From assembly GCA_044342685.1 (NCBI GenBank), contig JBIIPK010000006.1:3566-67565 (forward strand): a stretch of 64,000 nucleotides of DNA. Reading direction: 5' to 3'. Source of the DNA: Rhodoluna sp. (GTDB lineage Bacteria; Actinomycetota; Actinomycetes; Actinomycetales; Microbacteriaceae). Shown in pieces: positions 9,335 to 19,027 of the stretch. A model generated the notes under the pieces. The model saw nothing but the letters and a program-made list of their open reading frames with translations, did no database searches and was not told the origin of the DNA. Every line of letters begins with the position of its first letter. Position 1 is the stretch's first letter. The translations under genes were made by a program, and so were the position numbers.

Positions 9335-10588
9335 TTATTTTGAGCAGGTAGTTGTTTGAGCGTTTGTGCCCTGAGCCCAATCCGGAAGTGGTGTCACTGT
9401 AGGAGTTGGGGTTGGCTTCGGAGTTACTGTCGAAGATGGCTTCGGGGTTGCTGTAGAAGTTGATGAAGGCTTAGGTGTTGGTGCTACTTCTGATCCAGCA
9501 CCAGTGTTGTTAACTTCACCAAGAACAAGTGGCTGATCATTAATCATCAAGTCAAAAAGAACCTGAGCTTTTTCATAGTCAGGCATTACTCGACCCTGGT
9601 TAGGAGCTGGCAAACCAGATACCGAAGGTAGCTGAAGGAATGTAACCTTCTTCATCGGGATATCTTTAAGTGCGTTAGCGATAGCCATCAAAGTTGTTGG
9701 GTCAGAAAGAGTGCTGCTTAGCTTCATGTGTTCAGCTGCTGCTTGAGCAAGGCTGTATAGAGCAACCGGGTTACTAAGAATATCCTTGCTCTTTAGTTTT
9801 CTAACTAGCGAAGTTAGATAAACCTGCTGGTTGCTGATACGACCTAGGTCTGAACCATCGCCAACACCATGTCTAGTTCTAAGGAACTGCAGTGCCTGAA
9901 CTCCCTGAAGAGTGTGCATACCTTTCTTTAGGTATGTGTTGGTGTATTCATCTTCAATGTCTTGAGCAACACAAACTTCAACTCCACCAACAGCGTTAGA
10001 GAGTTCAATAACTCCATTGAAGTCAACCATTGCAAGATAAGGAATGTTCAAACCAGTTAGCTTCTCAACAGTAAGAAGTGTGCAACCAGGTCCACCATTA
10101 GCAATTGTCGCGTTGATCTGACCTAGTGATTGTGCGTAGTACCCTGGTCCACCAGTAGTACTTGGACATGCTGGCCATGGAACCAAAAGATCTCTTGGGA
10201 AAGACAGTGCAACTGCATTCTGTCTGTCTTCGGAAATGTGCATAAGAATAATTACGTCAGCAAGTACACCGCTGGTGTCACCGAAAGCTGAGTTACCAGC
10301 ACCTTGTCTTGAGTCGCTTCCAACAAGAAGCATGTTAATAGGGCCATTGATTGGTGGAATTTCTCTATCGCTACCATCGGTAGTTAATACGTCAATCTCC
10401 CCTGCGCCAAACTTTCCAGCAAGTTGAATTGCTGAAACAGTTGTGACGGTCAGAGTTGAAACAAGGACAACGATTAGGGCTTTACCTAGAATGCCAAGCA
10501 GGGCTCTGAAACGGCCGGTAGCTTGAATGTTGCCGTGACGTGCTACTGCACGATCTAGCTTTACTTGCTTCTTGGACTTTTCAGACAA
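9335..10588 (-). CDS. LytR-CpsA-Psr (LCP) family cell-envelope phosphotransferase
   Basis: N-terminal TM anchor, then the NMLLVGSDSR, DVIILMHI, SFPRDL and R.R... LCP motifs. PT/S-rich C-terminal tail. Confidence 0.85.
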   Translation of the reverse strand: MSEKSKKQVKLDRAVARHGNIQATGRFRALLGILGKALIVVLVSTLTVTTVSAIQLAGKFGAGEIDVLTTDGSDREIPPINGPINMLLVGSDSRQGAGNSAFGDTSGVLADVIILMHISEDRQNAVALSFPRDLLVPWPACPSTTGGPGYYAQSLGQINATIANGGPGCTLLTVEKLTGLNIPYLAMVDFNGVIELSNAVGGVEVCVAQDIEDEYTNTYLKKGMHTLQGVQALQFLRTRHGVGDGSDLGRISNQQVYLTSLVRKLKSKDILSNPVALYSLAQAAAEHMKLSSTLSDPTTLMAIANALKDIPMKKVTFLQLPSVSGLPAPNQGRVMPDYEKAQVLFDLMINDQPLVLGEVNNTGAGSEVAPTPKPSSTSTATPKPSSTVTPKPTPTPTVTPLPDWAQGTNAQTTTCSK

Positions 10589-10636
10589 TTCAATAACCCC
10601 TTAGGTGAGTTGGCTTAAGTCTCAGTTAGACAAAAC

Positions 10637-10724
10637 TGGCGGAGGCCGTGGGATTCGAACCCACGGAACCTTTCAGTTCACTAGTTTTCAAGACTAGCTC
10701 CTTCGGCCGCTCGGACAGACCTCC
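10637..10724 (-). tRNA. tRNA-Ser (anticodon TGA), CCA encoded
   Basis: The complement reads GGAGGTC...GAGCTAGTCTTGAAAACTAGTG... with a long variable arm, T arm GTGGG-TTCGAAT-CCCAC, then GGCCTCC-G-CCA. Confidence 0.9.
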
Positions 10725-10791
10725 GTTGAATAGTCTAACTAATCCTTAGTGCTTATAAAAATACGTGGGCAACCTGCTATTAGCCTGTGAG

Positions 10792-11622
10792 CTAGCTTTG
10801 GCTGTAAATAATGCCTTCTAGGCCTTCAAGTACCTTGGCAACACCGTGTTCTTCAACGCTAGCGGTCACCATTGTGGCTGCCAGCTTTACTTCATCAGGA
10901 CCCTGGCCCATAGCAAAAGATAGGCCTCCACCAGCATTCGCCCACTCAAACATAGAGATATCGTTTCTTCCATCGCCGATGGCAATAACCCTGTTACTTG
11001 GCACATTAAGTGCTTTTCTTCTTTGTTCAAGAGCACTTGCCTTGGTAACTCCCTGTGGAGAGATATCTAGCCAAGCTGTGTAACCAATTGCATAAGACAC
11101 TGAATGAAGTCCAACAGATTCAACTATTTCTAAAAAGTCATTTACGTTTTGCTCAGGGGACAGAACTACAACTCGACTAACTTCACCGTGCATAAGTTGA
11201 TCTAATGGTGTTTCAATGTTTTCTGCACCTAGAGCATATGAAGGAAATGGTTTATGGAATCTATATGTTCCATCAACATCTTCAACTGCGAAGTGAGCAT
11301 CAGGTAGTTTTTCAATTAGCTGGCTTAGTACCGGTGCTGGATCAAAACCGATTACTTCTCTAACTGAGTAGCCTCTGTCATCTTGATGATCGATTTCAAT
11401 TGTCACTGCACCATTTGAGCAGACTACGTGACCTGCTTCAATACCAACATCTTGAACTACAGGAATTGCATTTGCTGCAGCTCTACCTGTTGCAACAACA
11501 ACGTGGTGACCGAGATCTCTTACTCTTGTTACTTCTCTAATCACCTGAGGTGCTAGGAAGCCATCATCGTGCACAAGTGTGCCATCGATGTCGATAGCAA
11601 TTAGCCAAGGTTCGAAACTCAA
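10792..11622 (-). CDS. HAD-superfamily hydrolase, Cof-type (sugar-phosphate phosphatase-like)
   Basis: Motif I IAIDIDGTL, motif IV IGDGRNDISM, cap domain between them. Confidence 0.8.
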   Translation of the reverse strand: MSFEPWLIAIDIDGTLVHDDGFLAPQVIREVTRVRDLGHHVVVATGRAAANAIPVVQDVGIEAGHVVCSNGAVTIEIDHQDDRGYSVREVIGFDPAPVLSQLIEKLPDAHFAVEDVDGTYRFHKPFPSYALGAENIETPLDQLMHGEVSRVVVLSPEQNVNDFLEIVESVGLHSVSYAIGYTAWLDISPQGVTKASALEQRRKALNVPSNRVIAIGDGRNDISMFEWANAGGGLSFAMGQGPDEVKLAATMVTASVEEHGVAKVLEGLEGIIYSQS

Positions 11623-11625
11623 AAC

Positions 11626-12897
11626 TTAGCTCTTCTTCACTGGAGAGATTACTTCAGCACCACCGAGGTATGGTCTGAGTGCAACTGGAATACGAACAGA
11701 ACCATCTTCTTGCTGGTGGTTCTCAAGAATTGCAACTAGCCATCTAGTGGTAGCAAGAGTTCCGTTGAGAGTTGCAGCAACAGCAGTCTTGCCGTCTTCT
11801 TTTCTGTAACGAACATTCAATCTTCTTGCTTGGTAAGTAGTGCAATTAGAAGTTGAAGTTAGTTCTCTATATGTTTCTTGAGAAGGAACCCAAGCTTCAG
11901 CATCAAACTTACGAGCAGCAGATGAACCTAGGTCTCCAGCTGCTGTGTCGATTACACGATATGGAAGTTCACACTTCTTTAACATCTCTTCTTGCCAAGC
12001 TAGAAGTTTTGTGTGCTCTTCATCTGCTTGCTCTGGAGTTACGTAAGAGAACATCTCTAGTTTGTTGAACTGGTGAACTCGAAGAATACCTTTGGTGTCT
12101 TTTCCGTGGCTACCTGCTTCACGTCTGTAACAAGTTGACCAACCTGCATATCTCTTTGGTCCATCAGAGAGATCGATAATTTCGTTGCTGTGATATCCAG
12201 CAAGAGCTACTTCGCTAGTTCCAGTTAGATAGAGGTCATCTGCTGGTAGGTAGTAGATCTCATCTGCGTGCTCACCTAGGAAGCCAGTTCCAGCCATTAC
12301 CTCAGGCTTTACAAGGGTTGGGGTGATTAGTGCTGTGAAGTTAGCTTTAGCTGCCTGGTCTAAAGCCAAGTTCATAAGAGCAAGCTCTAGTCTTGCTCCC
12401 CAGCCCTTTAGGAAATAGAACCTAGAACCAGAGATCTTCACACCACGCTCGATGTCAATTACATCTAGTAATTCGCCTAGTTCAACGTGATCTTTAGGAG
12501 TGAAGTTGAACTTTGGCTTGGTTCCTTCTTCACGAATTACAACAAAGTTCTCTTCGCCACCAACAGGAACACCATCGTTAACAACGTTCTCAATCTTTAG
12601 AACAATTGAGTTCAATTCATTTTGGAAATCTGCAGCTTTCTGTTCTGCTGCCTTTACTCCTGCTGCAAGCTCTTGCCCTTCAGCAATAAGTTTGGTTCTC
12701 TCTTCAGGAGATGCTCCAGCAACTAGTTTTGCTTTAGCATTCTGCTCTGCTCTTAGGTTTTCAAATTCTGCTTGAGCCTTGCGCCAGTTGTCATCAGCTA
12801 ATGAAGCTTGATCGACAAGCTCAACGCTTGCTCCTCTAGCTCTCTGAGAAACTTTAATAGCCTCAGGGTTTTCTCTAAGTAGGTTTGCATCAATCAT
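11626..12897 (-). CDS. serS: Seryl-tRNA synthetase
   Basis: [12 protein letters not shown] start, N-terminal coiled coil, class II core (...[23 protein letters not shown]...). Confidence 0.95.
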   Translation of the reverse strand: MIDANLLRENPEAIKVSQRARGASVELVDQASLADDNWRKAQAEFENLRAEQNAKAKLVAGASPEERTKLIAEGQELAAGVKAAEQKAADFQNELNSIVLKIENVVNDGVPVGGEENFVVIREEGTKPKFNFTPKDHVELGELLDVIDIERGVKISGSRFYFLKGWGARLELALMNLALDQAAKANFTALITPTLVKPEVMAGTGFLGEHADEIYYLPADDLYLTGTSEVALAGYHSNEIIDLSDGPKRYAGWSTCYRREAGSHGKDTKGILRVHQFNKLEMFSYVTPEQADEEHTKLLAWQEEMLKKCELPYRVIDTAAGDLGSSAARKFDAEAWVPSQETYRELTSTSNCTTYQARRLNVRYRKEDGKTAVAATLNGTLATTRWLVAILENHQQEDGSVRIPVALRPYLGGAEVISPVKKS

Positions 12898-12913
12898 TTA
12901 TTTAGGTTTACCT

Positions 12914-13861
12914 TTAGCGTCCTTGACGTAATTTCTTTAGCCATGATTCAGCAGAAGAGAATTCTTTATTTGAGTTGTTTCCCTCGTGCTCACTCTTCTT
13001 CTTATCTGCTCTTGGGTAAGAGCCTAAGAAAGTTACGTGCGGGCTAAATCTGTGAAGACCCATAAGGGCTTCTGCAACAGCTTCGTCATCAATGTGACCT
13101 TGAGCATCAATGTTGAAACGATATCTGCCTAGTTGATCACCAATAGGTCTTGATTCAATTCGAGATAGGTTAACTCCACGAGCAGCAAACTGTTCAAGCA
13201 TCTCAAGAAGTGCTCCTGGACGATCTTCTGGAAGTTCAACAATTACAGAAGTCTTGTCTTTACCTGATCGCTTTGTTGGTTTGGCATTTAGACCTATTTC
13301 AATAAATCTTGTTTGAGCATTCTTGTTATCACCAATGTTTCTTGCCAAGACAGTTAGCTTGTAGTGATCAGTAATGCTCTTAGCTGATATAGCAGCATCT
13401 GAACTTGGATTTTTCGAGAGAAGATCTGCTGCAGCAGCTGCTGTTGAAGTTGAAGGTAAGTATGAATTAGCTGGAATGTTCTCTTGCATCCAACCGCGAC
13501 ACTGAGCATAAGCAGTTGGGTGGGTGCTTACAAGCTTTACATCAGCAAGTTTTGTTCCTGGCTTAGCCACCAAATTGAAAGTAATTGGAACTAAATACTC
13601 ACCATATATACGTATGTCTGTTGTGTTAGCCAAAGCATCGAGAGTTGCAGAGACTCCGCCTTCAATGGAGTTTTCTACCGGAACAATGGCTCGTTGTGCT
13701 TTGCCTGAAACAACAGCTTCGATGGCTTCATTGATTGTTGAAACTGGAAGATGCTTGGCTGATTTAGCTTCTTTTACCTGAGCCAAGGCAAGCTCAGTAA
13801 ATGTACCCACAGGACCTAAGAAGGCGTATGTGGATTTCTTGTTGTTTACTGATTTAGCCAT
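12914..13861 (-). CDS. pheA: Prephenate dehydratase
   Basis: PDT domain (AFLGPVGTFTE...) plus a C-terminal ACT domain (SRIESRP...). Confidence 0.9.
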   Translation of the reverse strand: MAKSVNNKKSTYAFLGPVGTFTELALAQVKEAKSAKHLPVSTINEAIEAVVSGKAQRAIVPVENSIEGGVSATLDALANTTDIRIYGEYLVPITFNLVAKPGTKLADVKLVSTHPTAYAQCRGWMQENIPANSYLPSTSTAAAAADLLSKNPSSDAAISAKSITDHYKLTVLARNIGDNKNAQTRFIEIGLNAKPTKRSGKDKTSVIVELPEDRPGALLEMLEQFAARGVNLSRIESRPIGDQLGRYRFNIDAQGHIDDEAVAEALMGLHRFSPHVTFLGSYPRADKKKSEHEGNNSNKEFSSAESWLKKLRQGR

Positions 13862-13881
13862 AGATAAAGGTTAATGCTTTG

Positions 13882-14601
13882 TTAGTAGTTAGGGGCTGAT
13901 GGGAGGTTAAAGAACTTCTCAAGGGTAACTACCCTGTCATCATGCATAACCTTGGCTAGACCCTTGCCAACGTATCTAAGGTGCCAAGGTTCATACTGAT
14001 AGCCGGTTGTTGGTGTGGCATTGTTTGGATATCTAATTATGAATCCGTATTTATAGGCATTCTTAGCTAGCCAAGAACCAGCCTTGGTTTGACCAAAGCA
14101 AACTCTGATCTGGCAGCCCTGATCTCTTGCTGAAACATCCATTGCCCAGCCGGTCTGGTGCTCTGAGTAACCAGGTCTAGCAGCTAGAGCTTCTCCTGCT
14201 TTCAGGCCATACTTTTCAACCTGACGAGCATGAATGGCCTTTTGATCTGCATATGATCTGTAAGCACTTTGAATGATAAGACTGCCTTTACCCTCGGCAT
14301 ACATAGCCATGGCTAAACGATAAGCAGCGGTTGAAGCTTCTTTTCTAAGTTTTCTTCCGTACGGATTGGCATTTAATGTGCCGAACTTAGGGGCTACTAG
14401 GTCTTTAGGGACGTATTTGATTGGTTTTAGAGGCCTTAGCTTGTTCACAACAATCCAAATAGATTCAGGTGCATCTATGGATTGCCAAGCCAGACTGGTT
14501 GCCTGAGAAGGTGTAGGGTTATTTACCGCGGGAAGTATTACTAAGGCTAGAAGGCCTAAGCCCAAAGCTCTAAAGCTTGATTGCCTGAATTTTCTTCCCA
14601 T
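13882..14601 (-). CDS. M15-family D-alanyl-D-alanine carboxypeptidase (VanY-like), secreted
   Basis: Signal/TM leader, zinc ligand motifs SEHQTGWAMD and EPWHLRY. Confidence 0.8.
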   Translation of the reverse strand: MGRKFRQSSFRALGLGLLALVILPAVNNPTPSQATSLAWQSIDAPESIWIVVNKLRPLKPIKYVPKDLVAPKFGTLNANPYGRKLRKEASTAAYRLAMAMYAEGKGSLIIQSAYRSYADQKAIHARQVEKYGLKAGEALAARPGYSEHQTGWAMDVSARDQGCQIRVCFGQTKAGSWLAKNAYKYGFIIRYPNNATPTTGYQYEPWHLRYVGKGLAKVMHDDRVVTLEKFFNLPSAPNY

Positions 14602-14642
14602 TTAGCAAGTCTAACTTTTATAACTGAAGAAACGAGTTACCA

Positions 14643-16301
14643 ATGGCACGCGCAGAACGCAAAGCCGCAGCAGCAGAGTCAGCACTTACAGGTGTAATGA
14701 CCCACAGACAAATCATGTTCGTACTATTTGGCCTTATGGCTGGAATGTTCTTATCAGCACTAGATCAGAGTGTTGTTGGAACAGCGATGAGAACAATTGC
14801 AGATGATCTAAATGGTCTATCTGCTCAGGCATGGGTAACAACTGCGTACCTAATCACTTCAACTATTGCTACACCTATATATGGAAAGCTCGGAGACATT
14901 TTTGGTCGCCGCAAGTTATTCATCACAGCAATCTCTATCTTTATCTTTGGTTCTGTAATTTCTGGTTTAGCAAACACTATGTATGAGCTTGCTGCCTATA
15001 GAGCTATTCAGGGTATTGGTGCTGGTGGTTTGTTTGCACTAGCTCTAACAATTCTTGCTGACATTGTTCCTCCAAGAGATAGAGCGCGCTACCAAGGAAT
15101 GTTCCTTGCTGTCTTTGGTACATCAAGCGTTCTTGGTCCACTAATTGGTGGACTACTAGCTGGTGTTGATAGCTTCCTAGGAATTACAGGGTGGCGTTGG
15201 ATCTTCCTAATGAATCTTCCTATTGGTGCAATTGCATTGCTACTAGTTCTTTCATTCCTGCACGTTCCACACCTGGAAGCAAAGAGTAAGCGCATTGACT
15301 GGTGGGGTGTTCTTACAATCATCGTTGGTGTTGTTCCACTTCTTATCGTTGCTGAACAAGGCCGTGAATGGGGTTGGACATCACCTAACGCATTTATTGC
15401 ATATGCATTAGGTGTTATCGGAATTACATCTTTCATAATCATTGAAAGAAAGATGGGTGAAGATGCCATTCTTCCGCTACACATTTTCAAGTCAAGAACT
15501 TTCTCCCTAACAACTCTGCTTGGAGTAATTGTTGGTATGGGAATGTTTGGTGGAATGATTTCACTTCCACTAGTACTGCAGATTGTTTATGGAGCAACAG
15601 CTACCGAAGCTGGTTACCTAATGATTCCCATGGTGATGGGTTTGATGGTCTCATCAATCATGAGCGGTCAGATAACCGGTAAGACTGGTAAGTACAAGAT
15701 CTTTATGGTTCTTGGAACTGCTCTAATGTCAATCTCATTCCTATATCTATCAACTCTTGTTTACACATGGGCCATCTGGCAGATATCCATCGGAATGGTA
15801 ATCATGGGTCTAGGTTTAGGTCAGATGATGCAGACACTTACTATTGCTTCTCAAAATGCTGTTGAAGCTAAAGACATTGGTGTTGCAACATCTTCATCAA
15901 CATTCTTTAGACAAATGGGTGGAACTCTAGGTGTTGCAGTATTCCTATCTATCCTCTTCAACAGCCTTGCTGATAAGGGTGCTGAGATTGGAGCGAAGAT
16001 TCAGGCTGCAATTACTGCTAACCCAGGACTACTAAACGATCCGCGTAACGCTGTCTTCACATCAGGACAGGACGTTAGCGAACTCATTCAGTCAGACTCA
16101 TCCTTCTTGAAGACAGCAAGCCCTGAGCTTGCTGATCCAATCAAGCAAGCCTTTGCTGAATCAACGGCAGGCGTATTCATAACGGCCAGCGCTGTAGTGA
16201 TTACAGCCTTCGCTCTATCTCTGTTCATCAAAGAGGTAGCCCTTCGCACCAAGTCTGGTGTTCAGGAGAAAGCTGAGCAGGCTGCTGCCTCTATGCACTA
16301 G
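14643..16301 (+). CDS. MFS transporter, DHA2 (EmrB/QacA-like, 14-TMS) drug:H+ antiporter family
   Basis: 552 aa, GKLGDIFGRRK motif A, about 14 hydrophobic spans. Confidence 0.85.
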   Translation: MARAERKAAAAESALTGVMTHRQIMFVLFGLMAGMFLSALDQSVVGTAMRTIADDLNGLSAQAWVTTAYLITSTIATPIYGKLGDIFGRRKLFITAISIFIFGSVISGLANTMYELAAYRAIQGIGAGGLFALALTILADIVPPRDRARYQGMFLAVFGTSSVLGPLIGGLLAGVDSFLGITGWRWIFLMNLPIGAIALLLVLSFLHVPHLEAKSKRIDWWGVLTIIVGVVPLLIVAEQGREWGWTSPNAFIAYALGVIGITSFIIIERKMGEDAILPLHIFKSRTFSLTTLLGVIVGMGMFGGMISLPLVLQIVYGATATEAGYLMIPMVMGLMVSSIMSGQITGKTGKYKIFMVLGTALMSISFLYLSTLVYTWAIWQISIGMVIMGLGLGQMMQTLTIASQNAVEAKDIGVATSSSTFFRQMGGTLGVAVFLSILFNSLADKGAEIGAKIQAAITANPGLLNDPRNAVFTSGQDVSELIQSDSSFLKTASPELADPIKQAFAESTAGVFITASAVVITAFALSLFIKEVALRTKSGVQEKAEQAAASMH

Positions 16302-16315
16302 TAATTACTTGATCT

Positions 16316-16357
16316 AAACCCTTGGTAGCCCTTTGGCTAGCAAGGGTTTAGTCTTTT
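16316..16357 (+). terminator. Rho-independent terminator after the MFS gene
   Basis: AAACCCTTG...CAAGGGTTT stem followed by a T-rich tail (AGTCTTTT). Confidence 0.5.
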
Positions 16358-16360
16358 AAT

Positions 16361-16446
16361 ACACGGGAGTCCGAAGCATCGGACTGAGATGAAGCTACTG
16401 CCAAATACCGTCAAACCTGAACTGGGTCATGCCAGCGTAGGAAGGA
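16361..16446 (+). promoter_or_regulatory. TPP (THI-box) riboswitch
   Basis: Contains the conserved CTGAGA element and ACCTGAactGGGtcATGCCAGCGTAGG. The 3' end runs into the AGGAAGG RBS of the downstream thiB-like gene. Confidence 0.8.
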
Positions 16447-16449
16447 AAA

Positions 16450-17421
16450 ATGAAACGCATATTCGCTCTACTAACTGTTGCACTATCTCTAGGCCTATCT
16501 GCCTGCACTAACAACACAGTTGCAAGTATCACTCTTGTTGCTCATGACTCAATTGTTATGAGTGATGAACTTATTGCTGAATACAACAAAACAGTTGGGC
16601 CTGAATTAACCATTGTTAGAGCAGGTGATGTTGGCGAGATGACCGGCAAGCTAGTTCTTACTAAAGATGCTCCTATTGGAGATGTTGTTTATGGCATCGA
16701 CAATACTTTTGCCAGTGTTATCGAAGAGAACAAAGTTCTTGGAGAAAACAAACTAGTTCCGATCAACTTTGCAGACATTTGCTTCAACGTAGACATCCAA
16801 TACTTCAAAGAAAAGAACCTTGCTATTCCAGATCACTGGAAGGAATTGATTCAACCTAAATACAAGAACCTGACTGTTATTGAAAACCCTAATCTCTCTT
16901 CAACTGGTTTAGGTTTTCTGGTTTCTACCTTTGCTGCATTCTCAAGTGAAGAAGAAACTACTGCTTGGTGGAAGTCATTCAAGAACAATGGTGTGAAGGT
17001 TGCAGCTACTTGGGAAGATGCTTACTACACAGACTTCTCCGGTTCAGCTGGTAAGGGTAAGTACCCGGTAGTGCTTTCATACTCATCTTCACCTGCTGAT
17101 GAAGTTGATGACAATGGAAATGCTAAGACTGTTGCTCTTAGAAAAGATTGTTTCAGACAGATTGAGTACGCGGGTGTGCTGAAGAATTCTAACTACCAAG
17201 CGGGTGAAGCACTTATCAAGTTCATGCTTGGCAAATCATTCCAAGAAGCACTACCAACGGCTATGTATGTGTATCCGATTGATGAAACTGTTGCGTTGCC
17301 AGAGTCTTGGGCTCTTAGGGCACCTGCAGCGATCTCAACAATTGGTGGAGATTTGGACATCGCTAAGAACAGATCTGCCTGGCTAACTGAATACAACAGA
17401 GTATTTGATCTTGCGCCATAA
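16450..17421 (+). CDS. thiB: Thiamine/thiamine-precursor ABC transporter substrate-binding lipoprotein
   Basis: Lipobox LGLSA|C, ThiB/TbpA-type binding-protein pattern, directly downstream of the TPP riboswitch. Confidence 0.8.
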   Translation: MKRIFALLTVALSLGLSACTNNTVASITLVAHDSIVMSDELIAEYNKTVGPELTIVRAGDVGEMTGKLVLTKDAPIGDVVYGIDNTFASVIEENKVLGENKLVPINFADICFNVDIQYFKEKNLAIPDHWKELIQPKYKNLTVIENPNLSSTGLGFLVSTFAAFSSEEETTAWWKSFKNNGVKVAATWEDAYYTDFSGSAGKGKYPVVLSYSSSPADEVDDNGNAKTVALRKDCFRQIEYAGVLKNSNYQAGEALIKFMLGKSFQEALPTAMYVYPIDETVALPESWALRAPAAISTIGGDLDIAKNRSAWLTEYNRVFDLAP

Positions 17422-19027
17422 AAAACTTCTGCTCTGGAGTGCACCAGTTTTATTTATGGTTGTGCTCTTTTACTGGCCACTGCTAAACGTTTTCTTTCTT
17501 GCGTTAGGTCCAGAGATTGCTGGGATGGTTCAGAACGAATCAAGTGTGTGGCCTGTGCTTTGGTTTACTGTTTGGCAGGCATTTGTTTCAACAGCAATTT
17601 GTTTATTGATTGGAATTCCTGGAGCATACGTTCTATATAGAAAGAGCTTCAGAGGTGCTCAGCTAATCCAGTCCATCATCACTGTTCCGTTCATGCTGCC
17701 AAGTCTTGTTGTTGCTATTGCTGTGACAGAGGTGGGTGCGATTGTTGGAGGCATTGATCCTGTCATTGCAATCATCTTCGCTAATGTTTTTGCTAACTAT
17801 GCGGTGGTAGTTAGAAACATTGGGTCTCAGTGGCAAACACTCTCTAAGTCAACTGAAGAGGATTCTGAGGTTTCAGGAGCGGGACGATTCAGAACAGCGC
17901 TCAAGGTTTCACTTCCCCAGCTCAAGAGCTCTATTCGAGCATCAAGTGCAATCATCATGCTCTACTGTGCCTCTTCCTATGGAATAGTGCTTAGCCTCGG
18001 TGGTGGCCAGGTAAACACTCTAGAGACAGCTATTTCTATCTCTGTTTTAGAGAGATTGGACTTCGCTCACGGAGCACTACTTGCCCTGCTCCAAATAGCC
18101 TTCTGTCTAGTGGCCTTCACAGTCAGCCGATGGGGTGGGACTAACCCATTGAGCTTTACACCGTCATTCTCTAAGTCAAAGAAGATAGACAAGAGAGATG
18201 CTCCAGCAGCAATCTTTAGTTTTGTTGTAATTTCGCTGCTGGTTGTAGCTCCGTTAATTCTTGTAATTAGCAAAGCGTTTGTATCTTCCAATGGGTCATT
18301 CACCTTTGAGAACTTTGGGCTCCTAGATACAAGAGGTGCCAGAGATCTGTTGAACCTTACGTTCTTTGATGCTGCCCTGAATTCAATACGAAATCTTCTT
18401 GTTTCAACTGTTGTGTCAATACTTCTAGGTGTACTTGTTGCATTCCTGCTCGCTGAACAATCAAGACGACGTCATCGCAGAAAGACAGACTTTCTTGGAA
18501 TTACTCTTGATGCAGCATTCCTCTTGCCAATAGGTGTTTCATCGGTAGTTATCGGTGTTGGCTATCTAATTACACTTACTGGAGATATTGCTTGGCTACT
18601 TAGTAGTTGGATTCTGGTTCCAATGGTTCAATCAGTATTTGCAATCCCACTTGTCATTCGAATTGTTTACCCAAGTCTTCTAGCTGTTGAGGCTAACACC
18701 AGAGAGCAGGCTATGACAGATGGGGCTAACGGGTTCCAGTTATTCAAAAATGTTGACTATCCGTTACTTAGACCAGTTATGAAAACGGCTATTGCATTTA
18801 GTGCTCTTGTCTCTCTAGGAGAGTTTGGTGTTGCTAGCTTGCTTACCTACGGTGATCAAGCAACTATTCCTGTGTTGATGTATCAACTGATTTCTAGACC
18901 GGGTGCTCAGAACTACGGAATGGCTTTAGCAGTAGCAAGCATCCTCACCTTGCTGACAATTGTGATTGTTTTATCTCTTAGCCAAGATGGTTCTAAAAAG
19001 TCTCAAATGAAACTGGCAAGGCACTGA
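17405..19027 (+). CDS. thiP: Thiamine-type ABC transporter permease (two fused permease domains)
   Basis: 540 aa, about 12 TMS, duplicated binding-protein-dependent permease domain. The TTG start overlaps the thiB stop. Confidence 0.8.
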   Translation: MILRHKKLLLWSAPVLFMVVLFYWPLLNVFFLALGPEIAGMVQNESSVWPVLWFTVWQAFVSTAICLLIGIPGAYVLYRKSFRGAQLIQSIITVPFMLPSLVVAIAVTEVGAIVGGIDPVIAIIFANVFANYAVVVRNIGSQWQTLSKSTEEDSEVSGAGRFRTALKVSLPQLKSSIRASSAIIMLYCASSYGIVLSLGGGQVNTLETAISISVLERLDFAHGALLALLQIAFCLVAFTVSRWGGTNPLSFTPSFSKSKKIDKRDAPAAIFSFVVISLLVVAPLILVISKAFVSSNGSFTFENFGLLDTRGARDLLNLTFFDAALNSIRNLLVSTVVSILLGVLVAFLLAEQSRRRHRRKTDFLGITLDAAFLLPIGVSSVVIGVGYLITLTGDIAWLLSSWILVPMVQSVFAIPLVIRIVYPSLLAVEANTREQAMTDGANGFQLFKNVDYPLLRPVMKTAIAFSALVSLGEFGVASLLTYGDQATIPVLMYQLISRPGAQNYGMALAVASILTLLTIVIVLSLSQDGSKKSQMKLARH

